64,000 nucleotides of DNA from Abditibacterium sp. Its GTDB lineage: Bacteria; Armatimonadota; Abditibacteriia; Abditibacteriales; Abditibacteriaceae. Below are positions 18,283-28,277 of this stretch, in pieces; position 1 is the stretch's first letter; each line of letters opens with the position of its first letter. The position numbers and the translations under genes were made by a program. A model generated the notes under the pieces. That model was not told the origin of the DNA and ran no database searches. It worked only from the letters and a program-made list of their open reading frames with translations. The stretch spans positions 672,001-736,000 of the forward strand of contig OZ251992.1 in the NCBI GenBank assembly GCA_965246885.1. Reading direction: 5' to 3'.

Positions 18283-18717
18283 TCAAGCGGTGCAACCCCC
18301 TGAACATTTGCGGCACGAGCGGCACAGCCACTGGTTGAAGCCGTGTGCGCCCATCATCGTCAGGCCGCCCAACACCATGAACACCGGCCCCCACCACCCC
18401 AAATGATGCTCGTGAAACATGCGCCCCGCCACCAACAGCGCGAGCGCAATGCCCAAAACCGCGAACGCGCGCCGCGAGCGATGCTGTTTGAACCCGGCGC
18501 ACAGCGACAAAGTTCCAAGCGTGGCCGAACTGAGTAGGAGCGCCCACTCGACGGGTTCGCTGGCGAGAAAGCTAAGGCCCAAAAGCGGCAACATGGTCAC
18601 GACAAACGGCATGAGGGCGCAGTGAATCGCGCACAGAAACGAGGCGGTCGCTCCCGCTTTGTCCAGTTTCTCGCCGCGCGCCGAATTGTCCAGCGCCCCT
18701 ACTACTTGATTCGCCAT
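18283..18717 (-). CDS. MerC-domain membrane protein (metal transport-like)
   Basis: DKAGATASFLCAIHC motif, four TM helices, C-terminal CxxC. Confidence 0.85.
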   Translation of the reverse strand: MANQVVGALDNSARGEKLDKAGATASFLCAIHCALMPFVVTMLPLLGLSFLASEPVEWALLLSSATLGTLSLCAGFKQHRSRRAFAVLGIALALLVAGRMFHEHHLGWWGPVFMVLGGLTMMGAHGFNQWLCRSCRKCSGGCTA

Positions 18718-18752
18718 GATGTTTCGCTTATTGATTCCTTTTTCTCAATCCC

Positions 18753-18797
18753 CGCCAAAAAGAACGCCGGGGGCCTGCGAGAGGTTCCGGCGCGTTT
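18753..18797 (-). terminator. Probable intrinsic terminator downstream of rpmG
   Basis: Minus strand CGCCGG..CCGGCG stem followed by TTCTTTTT. Confidence 0.55.
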
Positions 18798-18806
18798 GAA
18801 AAGCCA

Positions 18807-18868
18807 GATTGGAAGAGGTCGTCAGACCCCCTACTCTATCAAAGCGGGGCTACCGCCCTCTTCCAATC
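18807..18868. repeat. 62-bp palindromic dispersed repeat, copy 1 (left arm degenerate)
   Basis: Right arm AGCGGGGCTACCGCCCTCTTCCAATC is identical to that of the copy at 24708-24769. Confidence 0.85.
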
Positions 18869-18888
18869 GGTCGTTCACTCCGACGCCT

Positions 18889-19050
18889 TTAGCGCTCTTC
18901 TTTGAAGGCGACGTGTTTGCGGACGATGGGGTCGTATTTGCGAATTTCCATGCGGCCCGTTGTGTTCTTGCGGTTCTTGGTCGTGTAATAACGGTAATCG
19001 CTCTCGGACGAGCGCAGTTTGACGATGACGGTGTTGCCCTTTTTTGCCAT
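18889..19050 (-). CDS. rpmG: 50S ribosomal protein L33, cysteine-free (non-zinc) type
   Basis: Manual translation: MAKKGNTVIVKLRSSESDYRYYTTKNRKNTTGRMEIRKYDPIVRKHVAFKEER (53 aa); AAGGAG RBS. Too short for the ORF track. Confidence 0.95.
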   Translation of the reverse strand: MAKKGNTVIVKLRSSESDYRYYTTKNRKNTTGRMEIRKYDPIVRKHVAFKEER

Positions 19051-19095
19051 GATGCTCCTTTTTTTCAGCCTTTACATGATACCAAGTCGGCGCGC

Positions 19096-19518
19096 TTAGT
19101 TCAACTTCGGCGCCGGGGCGCAGTCGGGGCACAGGCCGTAAAGCGTCAATTCGTGGTCTTGGACGACGAAACCGCCGCCCAGAACCGTGTCGCGCGGCAA
19201 TTGAAGCGGGCACTCGTGCAAGTCGAAGACGTGCTGACAGCCCCGACACTGGAAGTGTTCGTGGTGCCCGCGTTCGGACGGCTCGAAGCGCGACTCGCCC
19301 GACGGCAGGATAACGCTTTGGATTTGCCCGCCTTCCTGAAGCAGTTTCAGGGTGCGGTAGATGGTCGCCAAACCCGTGGGCGCGTGTTCGCGGCGGGCGC
19401 GCTCGTGGATTTCGGGCACGGAGAGCGGCCCGTCCGCTTGCGCGATGACGCGCAGAATCGCGTCGCGCTGGCGCGTTTGGCGCTGTCCCAAGGAAGAAGA
19501 AGGGCGAGTGGAGTCCAT
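19096..19518 (-). CDS. Fur-family metalloregulator (Zur-like by context)
   Basis: RQTRQRDAIL, GLATIYRTL, HHEHFQCRGC, GLCPDC. Confidence 0.9.
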   Translation of the reverse strand: MDSTRPSSSLGQRQTRQRDAILRVIAQADGPLSVPEIHERARREHAPTGLATIYRTLKLLQEGGQIQSVILPSGESRFEPSERGHHEHFQCRGCQHVFDLHECPLQLPRDTVLGGGFVVQDHELTLYGLCPDCAPAPKLN

Positions 19519-19531
19519 GTGCGTTGTCTCC

Positions 19532-19942
19532 TTAGAGAGAGTCGTGCACTCCCCGTCGCGTTCCCCATTGCCCCGCGCCCCACCCCAAGGGAAACGCCGG
19601 AAGCGCACCCGCCAGTTCGAGCGGCGTATGAAAGTGGCGCCACACAATCAGCGCGCCATACGCGACGAGAAAGGCGCCGACGACCGGCACAAAGCGCCGC
19701 CCCAACGCCCCAAACGCGCCCGCTACCACGAGCGCAAAGGCGAAATGCGTCGAAGGAAAATGCGCGCCCTCGATGCGCGTGTGCTGGATGAGCTTGCACA
19801 CCCCCATCGCCAGCACCGCCGCCAGTGCCACCCGCCCAACCCAAGGCGGCGCTTCGGCGCGCAGTTGCCGGAAGGCACACACAAGAAGCGCGACCGCCCA
19901 AAGTGGGTTAATCGCTTGCGTCCAATCGGGAAGAGCGTGCAT
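19532..19942 (-). CDS. Small membrane protein, PAP2-superfamily-like
   Basis: Hydrophobic helices; HFPSTH resembles the PAP2 PSGH motif, RHFHTP resembles the C-terminal His motif. Confidence 0.55.
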   Translation of the reverse strand: MHALPDWTQAINPLWAVALLVCAFRQLRAEAPPWVGRVALAAVLAMGVCKLIQHTRIEGAHFPSTHFAFALVVAGAFGALGRRFVPVVGAFLVAYGALIVWRHFHTPLELAGALPAFPLGWGAGQWGTRRGVHDSL

Positions 19943-19969
19943 CCGTAAGGTATAGCCACTTCGCGGCTT

Positions 19970-20872
19970 TTAATCGCCCAGTAGCTCCGGCGCTTCCTCC
20001 CGCAGCCAGTCGCGGATGTCGAGCCGCGCTTCCAGAAATTCGTGCGCGTTTGGCGCAGTGATGGGAAAGCGCAGCGTCGCGACTTTACCCGTTTCGCGCT
20101 GGGCGAGCGGCCCGACGCCGACTTCTCGGTTGAGCCGCACGCCGCGCGGCAAGAAGGGGCGATTACGCGCCACGATTTTCTGGAGCCGCACTCCCAATGC
20201 CGGCGGCGCCGACTTGAAGCGCGGGCGCGGGCCGCTAAAGTCTACAAACGCCGTTTCGGGTGTGAACTCCGTTCCCGGCGCGGCGCAGAGGCGGTATTCG
20301 AGGTGAGCGCGCTCCTGCCACAACTCGGCGCAATCCCAAAACGCCGCCAACACGAGGCGGCGCAGCATCGCGCCGTCGCCCGTCGTCCATTGGAGGCCGA
20401 AGAACTGCCGCGCGTCGGGCGGCAACAGGAGCCACTCGAACGCCTTGCCAAGGTCAGACCCCGCCCGCTTTCGCTCGCGGCGGAGTGCCGCTTGCAATTC
20501 CTCGGATGGAGTTTCCAACAGGAACCGCGTCGTTTTCCACCTCGCCCCGCGCACTTCACTTCGCGCCAACTCGCCCCCGCAAAGCGCGAACGTCTGCCCT
20601 CGATGCAGCAACACCCGCTCGCCCTCCGCCAATTCCACCGCGCGAAAGAACCCCTCGTTTCGCAAAGTCGCCCGCAACCGCGCCCGCCCTTCGTGCACCG
20701 CCTCGCCGCCCAGCGCCCGCTTCAAGCTCCCGTCGTGATCCAAAAAGCACGCCACGAAGTCCAGCGCCCGGCCATCGGGCCGCGCCCACAATTGCCCCTC
20801 CAAGTGCCAAAACCGCCACGTCGCCCCCTCGAAATCGAGGGACAAGAGCGGGAGAGTGTCGGGAATGGGCAT
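19970..20872 (-). CDS. Hypothetical protein, paralog family member 1
   Basis: 300 aa; GSDLGKA; C-terminal PNAHEFLEARLDIRDWL. Confidence 0.8.
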   Translation of the reverse strand: MPIPDTLPLLSLDFEGATWRFWHLEGQLWARPDGRALDFVACFLDHDGSLKRALGGEAVHEGRARLRATLRNEGFFRAVELAEGERVLLHRGQTFALCGGELARSEVRGARWKTTRFLLETPSEELQAALRRERKRAGSDLGKAFEWLLLPPDARQFFGLQWTTGDGAMLRRLVLAAFWDCAELWQERAHLEYRLCAAPGTEFTPETAFVDFSGPRPRFKSAPPALGVRLQKIVARNRPFLPRGVRLNREVGVGPLAQRETGKVATLRFPITAPNAHEFLEARLDIRDWLREEAPELLGD

Positions 20873-20884
20873 GTCGGCCAGCGA

Positions 20885-21340
20885 TTAAGACGCTTTGGGG
20901 GCGTCCTTGAAGTTGTAGTCGAGGCCCGCGCGTAGCTCCTGCTCGAACTCGAACGGGTCGGCGCCGGGCGCGGTGAACGTGGCGTGAAAGACGATGGTGT
21001 CGGGCGCATCTGGAATCGAAGCGGCGACGCGCCAGCCGAACTGCGGGCTTCCCCTGTTATCGGACGGCACGTCGGTCAGGGGCAACAGGGGCGACACCAG
21101 AAGCGCCTGTCCCGACCCATCGCTTAGCCACGCGCGCTCCAACGAGGGCCGCGCTCCGTGCGAGGCGCCCACAATCGGGTCGCGCCGGTCAACGGACACA
21201 ATCAGTTCGCACCCCGCCGCCCCGCGCGACGACTGCGCACCCGCGAGGGAAATCGGCGTTTTGGCCAGACGGCTCCGAACCAGTAGCACGGCGCCCACGC
21301 CCACCAACGCCGCGAGAAAGAGGCTCATGTTGCGCTTCAT
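20885..21340 (-). CDS. Hypothetical membrane-anchored protein
   Basis: N-terminal hydrophobic anchor (MKRNMSLFLAALVGVGAVLLV); fits tightly between neighbours. Confidence 0.65.
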   Translation of the reverse strand: MKRNMSLFLAALVGVGAVLLVRSRLAKTPISLAGAQSSRGAAGCELIVSVDRRDPIVGASHGARPSLERAWLSDGSGQALLVSPLLPLTDVPSDNRGSPQFGWRVAASIPDAPDTIVFHATFTAPGADPFEFEQELRAGLDYNFKDAPKAS

Positions 21341-21376
21341 TGGAACCACCTCAGTTTAAAGGGCGGCTGCCAACCC

Positions 21377-22309
21377 TCAAACCACCTTCCCCAAATGCCG
21401 CACCCCGTCGGGCCAGTGCGCTTCGAGCCACGCCCGCAACTCCAGCATCGCTTCGAGCCGCTCGTGCTGCGAGGGGCGCGCGACTTCGACCGAAAAAGAC
21501 GTGGAATAGCCGTTGCGATACGCGCGCAAGGCGGCAGGTGTCGCGGGCGAATCGGGAACGCAGCGCGGCTCGAACGCGCGCACGATGTGCCCCAGAATCG
21601 CGCGTTCGCGGATGCCAAACGGGTGTTTCTCTTCGAGCAGAAAGCGCGCATCGCGGCTGTTCGGCCCGAACGTCAGTTGCATGGCCAGCGCGTTGGAGGG
21701 CCACTGCGCCTCGAACGCCCGTAGCGTTTGTTCAACCAGATGGGCGAACGCGCGCGGCGTCTCGATGCGCGTTTCGACTGAGTGCAGAGCGCGTTCCAGT
21801 TTGGAAGACGTGGCGAAATACGCCGCGAAGCGCAGGTCGGAATCGGCGTCTTCCCACTGCGACTGAAGCCGCGCGAACATGGCCGAGGAAGGTATCTCTA
21901 ACGGGTCGGGCACCTTAAATCCCAGCGCGGCGCCCTCCTCCCCGCCTACAAAGCTGTCCAGTATTTGGAAGAGCGCCCAGCCGTTGTCCTGCTTCCACCC
22001 GACGAAAAGGGCGGCGTCCAGCGCCCACACGCGCCCCAACGTCTGCGCATGCCATTCGTCGCCCACGAACCGCGCGAGGTTGCTGCGTTCGGGAAACAGC
22101 CAAACGGTTCCGAGAGAACTGGCGGCAATGGGAATCGCGCGCAACGCAAAGTTCCACTCGCCGTCCGCCTGCTGCTCCTCGCGCGCCCACCACAGCCCGC
22201 CGCAGTTGCGGAACAGCCACGCGCGCCCTTCAACTGTCAGGCGTTCATGCGCTTCCCCGTCCGCCACGTCCGGCGACAAACGCTCCCAAGGATGAAATTG
22301 AAAGTCCAT
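21377..22309 (-). CDS. Hypothetical protein, paralog family member 2
   Basis: 310 aa; DSDLRFA; C-terminal PSQHERLEAMLELRAWL. Confidence 0.85.
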   Translation of the reverse strand: MDFQFHPWERLSPDVADGEAHERLTVEGRAWLFRNCGGLWWAREEQQADGEWNFALRAIPIAASSLGTVWLFPERSNLARFVGDEWHAQTLGRVWALDAALFVGWKQDNGWALFQILDSFVGGEEGAALGFKVPDPLEIPSSAMFARLQSQWEDADSDLRFAAYFATSSKLERALHSVETRIETPRAFAHLVEQTLRAFEAQWPSNALAMQLTFGPNSRDARFLLEEKHPFGIRERAILGHIVRAFEPRCVPDSPATPAALRAYRNGYSTSFSVEVARPSQHERLEAMLELRAWLEAHWPDGVRHLGKVV

Positions 22310-22312
22310 CGG

Positions 22313-23287
22313 TTACTCCCGGCTCCTTGCCTCGAAGTCGGCGATGAAGTTTTCCTCCAACGCGCGGGTGTCGCCGCCGATGCGGTCGAGCCACCCCGCC
22401 AACCACGCGTGCGCGTCGTCGGGCGGGGGCAGCTTGTCGGCGAGGAATTGAAGCGAAAAGACGCGCGGTTGCGGCGCTTCGCTCAGGCGCCCGACGCCTT
22501 TGTCGGTGGTGTCGAAGTAGTGGCCGAGCGGCGTAATGACGTCAACGGCCCAGTCGCACAGGAGCCAAAAGCGCGTGGACAAACGCAGCGTCGGGCGCTT
22601 CCAAGGGAGGTGGAAACGTTGTCCGCTCGCTTCGTCGAAGTAGAGGTCAACCTCGCCGCGCTCGGCTTGCACGGCGAAGCAACCCGCGCGGTAAAAGGGC
22701 GATTCCGATTGAAACGTCGCGCGAATAATTTTGCCCGACCCGCGCACCGCCTCCTCTAAGGCGAGCGCGTTGCCCACGATTTCGAGCAACCCCGCCCGCG
22801 TCCCGCCCGCAAACTCCAGTGACACGTCGCGGCCTTTGGGCCAGCCCAGAGCTTCCAACTGCGGCGCTATCTCCCGCGCGAACAATCCCGCCGCAAAGGG
22901 GAACAGCGAATGGGCGGGCGCTTCCAGCCATTCATGCAGCGACAGGTCGTGATTGAAGGCGATGTCCTCGCGGTTCCACGACTCGCGCATCCACCCCGTC
23001 CCATCGGGCCGCAAAAAGAGCGGAAATTCGCGCCGCCAAGTCTCCGCCTCGAACGGCAGTAGCACATACCGCGCGACCCGCCCGCGCGCCAACTCCCCCG
23101 CGAAGTCCGCCGCGCCCGGCTCGAACGCGAGCATCCAATCCGCGCTCTTGCCCGCTTCCAGCAGAAACGTCAGCCCATGCCGCGCCCGCCCAAAGTAGGT
23201 TCGCCCCGCGTGTTCGAGCGAGAACTCAGCGCGCGGCGTCGCCAGTCGCGGGCGCGGCCTGTCCCAAGGCCGAATCGGAAATTCCAT
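22313..23287 (-). CDS. Hypothetical protein, divergent paralog family member 3
   Basis: ATG 23287, MEFPIRPWDR..LEHAGRTYF resembles member 2 MDFQFHPWER..VEGRAWLF; the C-terminal motif is degenerate (DDAHAWLAGWL). Confidence 0.7.
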   Translation of the reverse strand: MEFPIRPWDRPRPRLATPRAEFSLEHAGRTYFGRARHGLTFLLEAGKSADWMLAFEPGAADFAGELARGRVARYVLLPFEAETWRREFPLFLRPDGTGWMRESWNREDIAFNHDLSLHEWLEAPAHSLFPFAAGLFAREIAPQLEALGWPKGRDVSLEFAGGTRAGLLEIVGNALALEEAVRGSGKIIRATFQSESPFYRAGCFAVQAERGEVDLYFDEASGQRFHLPWKRPTLRLSTRFWLLCDWAVDVITPLGHYFDTTDKGVGRLSEAPQPRVFSLQFLADKLPPPDDAHAWLAGWLDRIGGDTRALEENFIADFEARSRE

Positions 23288-23300
23288 ATGGGAAGTTTGC

Positions 23301-24344
23301 TCATGCCAACAAAGCCGCAATCCGCTCGTCCGGCAAGCCGACGCGCTCGCGGAGCCAATCGCGCAGTTGGAGCAGGGATTCAAGGCGTTCGTGGGCGGTT
23401 TGTCCTTGGAGGTCAACAATAGAGTCGACATAGCATTCGCTCACGGCTTCGATGGCGGGGTGACGCGCGGCTTTTTCTTCATCGAAGCCGGGCGCGAAAT
23501 GCGAAAGCCACACTTGCCACAGCGCGCTCGGCTCGTGGCGGGCGAGGTCGTAGTCATCATAATCGGCGTATTGCCATCCGACTATGAGCGAGAACAACTG
23601 AAAAAGCGAGGCGTGGCCGCGCCGTAGCTTGACGCGCACCCCGGCGGCGGGCGCGCAGTCGGCGTAAAGCGGGCTGAGCCACTGGGGATCGCACTCTAAA
23701 AGCAGACGGGCGACGCGCCGCATCTCTGCCCATTCGTGCGGCTCCAAAGGACAAACGAGGCGCGCGAGATCACCGGGTCAGGCGCTCGCAACGGCGCGGG
23801 CGAAGTGGAGGTCACTCGATTCGTCGGCGACCAACGACGCGGCGTAGTCGCGCCAAAACGTGCCGGGCGTCGAACCGAAATCGCCGTCGAAGTGGAAGCG
23901 AAAAGGAATCTGCGGCGCCTTGACATCGAAGCGGGTCATGGGAGAGTTCGGCACGAAGCCTTCGCCATCGCGCCCGAAAAACACCGCTTCGCTGTCCAAA
24001 AGCGCGAGACCATCAGTGCGGTTGTGGCGCACAAACACGAGGCGCCCGATGTGGCCGCGCCGCCATTCATCCTCGAACAACTTTTGCAAGAATACGGAGT
24101 TGACGACCGCGCCATGCGGGAAGGGTTCGCGCACCGCGAAATTCCACTGCGTCGGCTCGCGCCCGACGCGCGGGGATGATGGCTCGCAAAAGCGCAGGAA
24201 GTTGCCGACTAACTGAAGCGTAAACGCGCGCCCGTCCACCTCGACGCGAAGCGGCGGGCGCATCGTTTCGCGTCCGGTGGTTTCCCACGCGGCCAGTTCG
24301 AGGGCTTGGGGTTGGAGTTTCACGGCGCCAGTTTCCCCAATCAT
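23301..24344 (-). pseudogene. Paralog family member 4 with one in-frame TGA at 23778-23780
   Basis: Track ORFs 23778..24596 and 23301..23747 share a frame: ..ESSDLHFARAVASA*PGDLARLVCPLEPHEW..QTAHERLESLLQLRDWL. Joined length 347 codons. Confidence 0.75.
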
Positions 24345-24676
24345 TTCCGCCGCCGAAAGAACGGGAGCAGGCACGCGACGAACCCGGCGAGGCCGAACAG
24401 GAGGGACGGGACGGAGATGACGAGGAAGTCGCGCGCCGACAAGTCGCTGCTTTGTTTGCCGAACGCGCCCAACACCATCGTGCCGCCGCACGCGCCGATG
24501 GCGCCGAAGAACATCAGGCCGAAGATGAGCGCGATGGCGTGGGTGGTTGACAAGCGCGCGCCCTTGCCGTCCAAGCGGGCGCCGCAATGGGGGCACAGTT
24601 CCGGCTTGGTTTCGAGCGCCGCGCCGCAGTTGGGGCAGGTGAAGGGCGCGGGTTGCGGGAGCGGCGCGGGGTTCAT
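24341..24676 (-). CDS. Zinc-ribbon membrane protein
   Basis: CPNCG..CPHCG followed by two TM segments. Confidence 0.75.
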   Translation of the reverse strand: MNPAPLPQPAPFTCPNCGAALETKPELCPHCGARLDGKGARLSTTHAIALIFGLMFFGAIGACGGTMVLGAFGKQSSDLSARDFLVISVPSLLFGLAGFVACLLPFFRRRK

Positions 24677-24707
24677 GGCAAAGAGTTTGGCGCCGTGTGG
24701 GGCAGTG

Positions 24708-24769
24708 GATTGGAAGAGGGCGGTAGCCCCGCTACTTCATCCAAGCGGGGCTACCGCCCTCTTCCAATC
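24708..24769. repeat. 62-bp palindromic dispersed repeat, copy 2 (perfect 26-bp arms)
   Basis: GATTGGAAGAGGGCGGTAGCCCCGCT-N10-AGCGGGGCTACCGCCCTCTTCCAATC. Confidence 0.9.
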
Positions 24770-24784
24770 AACCGCCCCTACGCT

Positions 24785-26353
<1,569 letters not shown>

Positions 26354-26431
26354 GACGGAAAGAAAAGTTACCCGATTCTGTGCCAGTCGGGGCGCGGCGG
26401 GCGCGGTTTAGGGATAATAAGGAGGCAGGCC

Positions 26432-27328
26432 ATGAGTTCTTTTCTTGACCACCCGCCCGTGCCCGCCCCGGATGGGGTTCCCGATGGAGCCGCCGACGCC
26501 CCAGAACCCCACGCGATGGGCGCCGCGCGCGGCGAAGAGTTCGACCTGTCGCGCTTGGACGAGGGCGGCGCCGATGAGCAACCCAAAGGGTCACCCAAGT
26601 GGAACGCTGCGTGGCTGGCGGTGGCGGGAGCGTTGGCGCTGTATTGCGGCTACTTCTACGTTTACGGCCTTGGCGTTCACGCGCAAAAGCCCCTGCCGCT
26701 TGGGCCGGTCGTCGCGGGCAACGCGAACGCCGCCTTGGTGCGTGTTCACGTCGCAGGCGGCGTGGCGCATCCGGGCGTCGTGTCGCTACGAGCCGATGCC
26801 CGCGTTGGGGATGCCGTCCAAAAAGCGGGCGGCGCCCTGCCAAACGCTGACCCCGACGCCCTCAACTTGGCTGCGTTCGTCGAGGACGGCGCGAAAATTA
26901 CCGTCCCTCTCAAGCCCGCGCCCACGCCCAAGGTGACGCCGACCCCCGTCGTTATTGTGCGCGAGGTTCCCGTTCCCGTCCCGACTTCCGCGCCCGCTTC
27001 GCCGCCATCTGTTCCCGCTTCGCCGCCGTCTCTCGCCCCGTCGCCGCCCTCCGTCTTCGGCTCCCCTGCCAAGGCCGCCAAGACGCCGACGCACGCCAAG
27101 AAAAAATCGGACAACATCCCCTTTCTGCGGGCGCATCCCGTTGATCTCAATCGCGCGACCATCGAGCAATTGCAACAACTCCCCGGCGTCGGCCCCAAAA
27201 TGGCCGAACGGATTCTGGCCTACCGCGCCGAAAACACCCGCTTCAAGTCCGTCGCGGACTTGGACAACGTCAAAGGCATCGGCGAAAAGAAAATGGCGGT
27301 GCTCAAAGACTTGGTGACGGTGAAGTGA
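26432..27328 (+). CDS. comEA: ComEA competence DNA-binding protein (TM-SLBB-Pro linker-HhH)
   Basis: AAGGAGG RBS; VHVAGGVAHPGV..LNLAAFVEDG; VDLNRATIEQLQQLPGVGPKMAERI..VKGIGEK. Confidence 0.9.
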   Translation: MSSFLDHPPVPAPDGVPDGAADAPEPHAMGAARGEEFDLSRLDEGGADEQPKGSPKWNAAWLAVAGALALYCGYFYVYGLGVHAQKPLPLGPVVAGNANAALVRVHVAGGVAHPGVVSLRADARVGDAVQKAGGALPNADPDALNLAAFVEDGAKITVPLKPAPTPKVTPTPVVIVREVPVPVPTSAPASPPSVPASPPSLAPSPPSVFGSPAKAAKTPTHAKKKSDNIPFLRAHPVDLNRATIEQLQQLPGVGPKMAERILAYRAENTRFKSVADLDNVKGIGEKKMAVLKDLVTVK

Positions 27329-27707
27329 ACGGGGAGAGGCCCTTACCCGTTTGCCGCGCGCGCTCCGCCAGCACGTCCATCAAAAGCGGGTCGTGGCCGA
27401 GGTAGTCGCCCATCGAGAAGGACACGTGTGGGTATTGCGCCTGCGCTTCTTCGAGGAGCGTGGGCAGGTCATCGGCGACGTGGGTTCCTGTGTGCAAGAA
27501 GTAAGGCACGGCGATGACACTGGTGGCGCCACCCGCCACCAATTGCGCGATGGCGTCGGGGATGGTCGGCTCGTTGAGTTCCATAAAACCGACGTTCACC
27601 AACTCGTAAGCGCCCGTCGCGCGCACCTGTTCGACGACCTCGAACATGGCGCCGTTGGACGCCGGACGCGGCGAGCCGTGAACCATTACCAAAAGGGCGT
27701 TTTTCAT
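27303..27707 (-). CDS. Short CbiX/SirB-type chelatase subunit A
   Basis: LVMVHGSP, GFMELNEP, VPYFLHTGTHVADDLP. Confidence 0.88.
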   Translation of the reverse strand: MKNALLVMVHGSPRPASNGAMFEVVEQVRATGAYELVNVGFMELNEPTIPDAIAQLVAGGATSVIAVPYFLHTGTHVADDLPTLLEEAQAQYPHVSFSMGDYLGHDPLLMDVLAERARQTGKGLSPFTSPSPSL

Positions 27708-27713
27708 GGGGGA

Positions 27714-28187
27714 TTAGCGAGGCGTTGGACGAAGCGGGCACTGCGGCGTGCCGTTGAGCGGACAGGCGGGGTTGTCCAAGCAGAACTGCGGCGCCGTATT
27801 CAAGATGTCCCGCCACTTCTCTGGCGCTTGCGCGCGCGCCGCGCAGTTGAGAACCGCTTGCGCCAGCAATTCGTGCGTCTTCAGCGCTTCGGCGACGACG
27901 ACTTCCACGTCGGGGAACTGCGCGCGCATCGCCTCGACCTTGGGCGGCAAGGCCACGCCCACGAAATAGCCCGCGACCAGAAAATACGGCGCGACGGTAA
28001 CTCGCGTTGCCCCGCGCTCCACGCACCGCGAGAAGGCGGCCTCAAACGTCGGGTGCGAGTAATTCAGAAACCCGACCTCGACAATGGGCGCATCGCCGCG
28101 CGCTTCCATCGTCCGCGCGAAGGCGAACAGGTTCTCCCCCGCGCCGCACAAAACCGAGCCGTGCGAGAACAAAATCAGGGCGTGCAT
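27714..28187 (-). CDS. Short CbiX/SirB-type chelatase subunit B with Cys-rich tail
   Basis: LFSHGS, GFLNYSHP, APYFLVAGYFV; C-terminal CLDNPACPLNGTPQCP. Confidence 0.85.
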   Translation of the reverse strand: MHALILFSHGSVLCGAGENLFAFARTMEARGDAPIVEVGFLNYSHPTFEAAFSRCVERGATRVTVAPYFLVAGYFVGVALPPKVEAMRAQFPDVEVVVAEALKTHELLAQAVLNCAARAQAPEKWRDILNTAPQFCLDNPACPLNGTPQCPLRPTPR

Positions 28188-28197
28188 AAAGTCTCTC

Positions 28198-28263
28198 ACC
28201 CAGACGCGAAGGCGCGAAAGACGGCACTCGTTTTTGCTTGTGTGTCTTTCGCGTCTTGGGGTT
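28198..28263. repeat. Imperfect intergenic inverted repeat with 8-nt subrepeats
   Basis: AGACGCGA-AGGCGCGA-AAGAC on the left versus GTCTTTCGCGTCTTGGGG on the right. Confidence 0.5.
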
Positions 28264-28277
28264 GATAAGGGTGGGGC

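Noticed and set aside
19051..19095. Zur box upstream of rpmG
   Set aside because: No convincing palindrome visible by eye; needs motif discovery.
23778..23830. Selenocysteine recoding of the in-frame TGA
   Set aside because: No clear SECIS hairpin, and the paralogs have no Cys at the aligned position.
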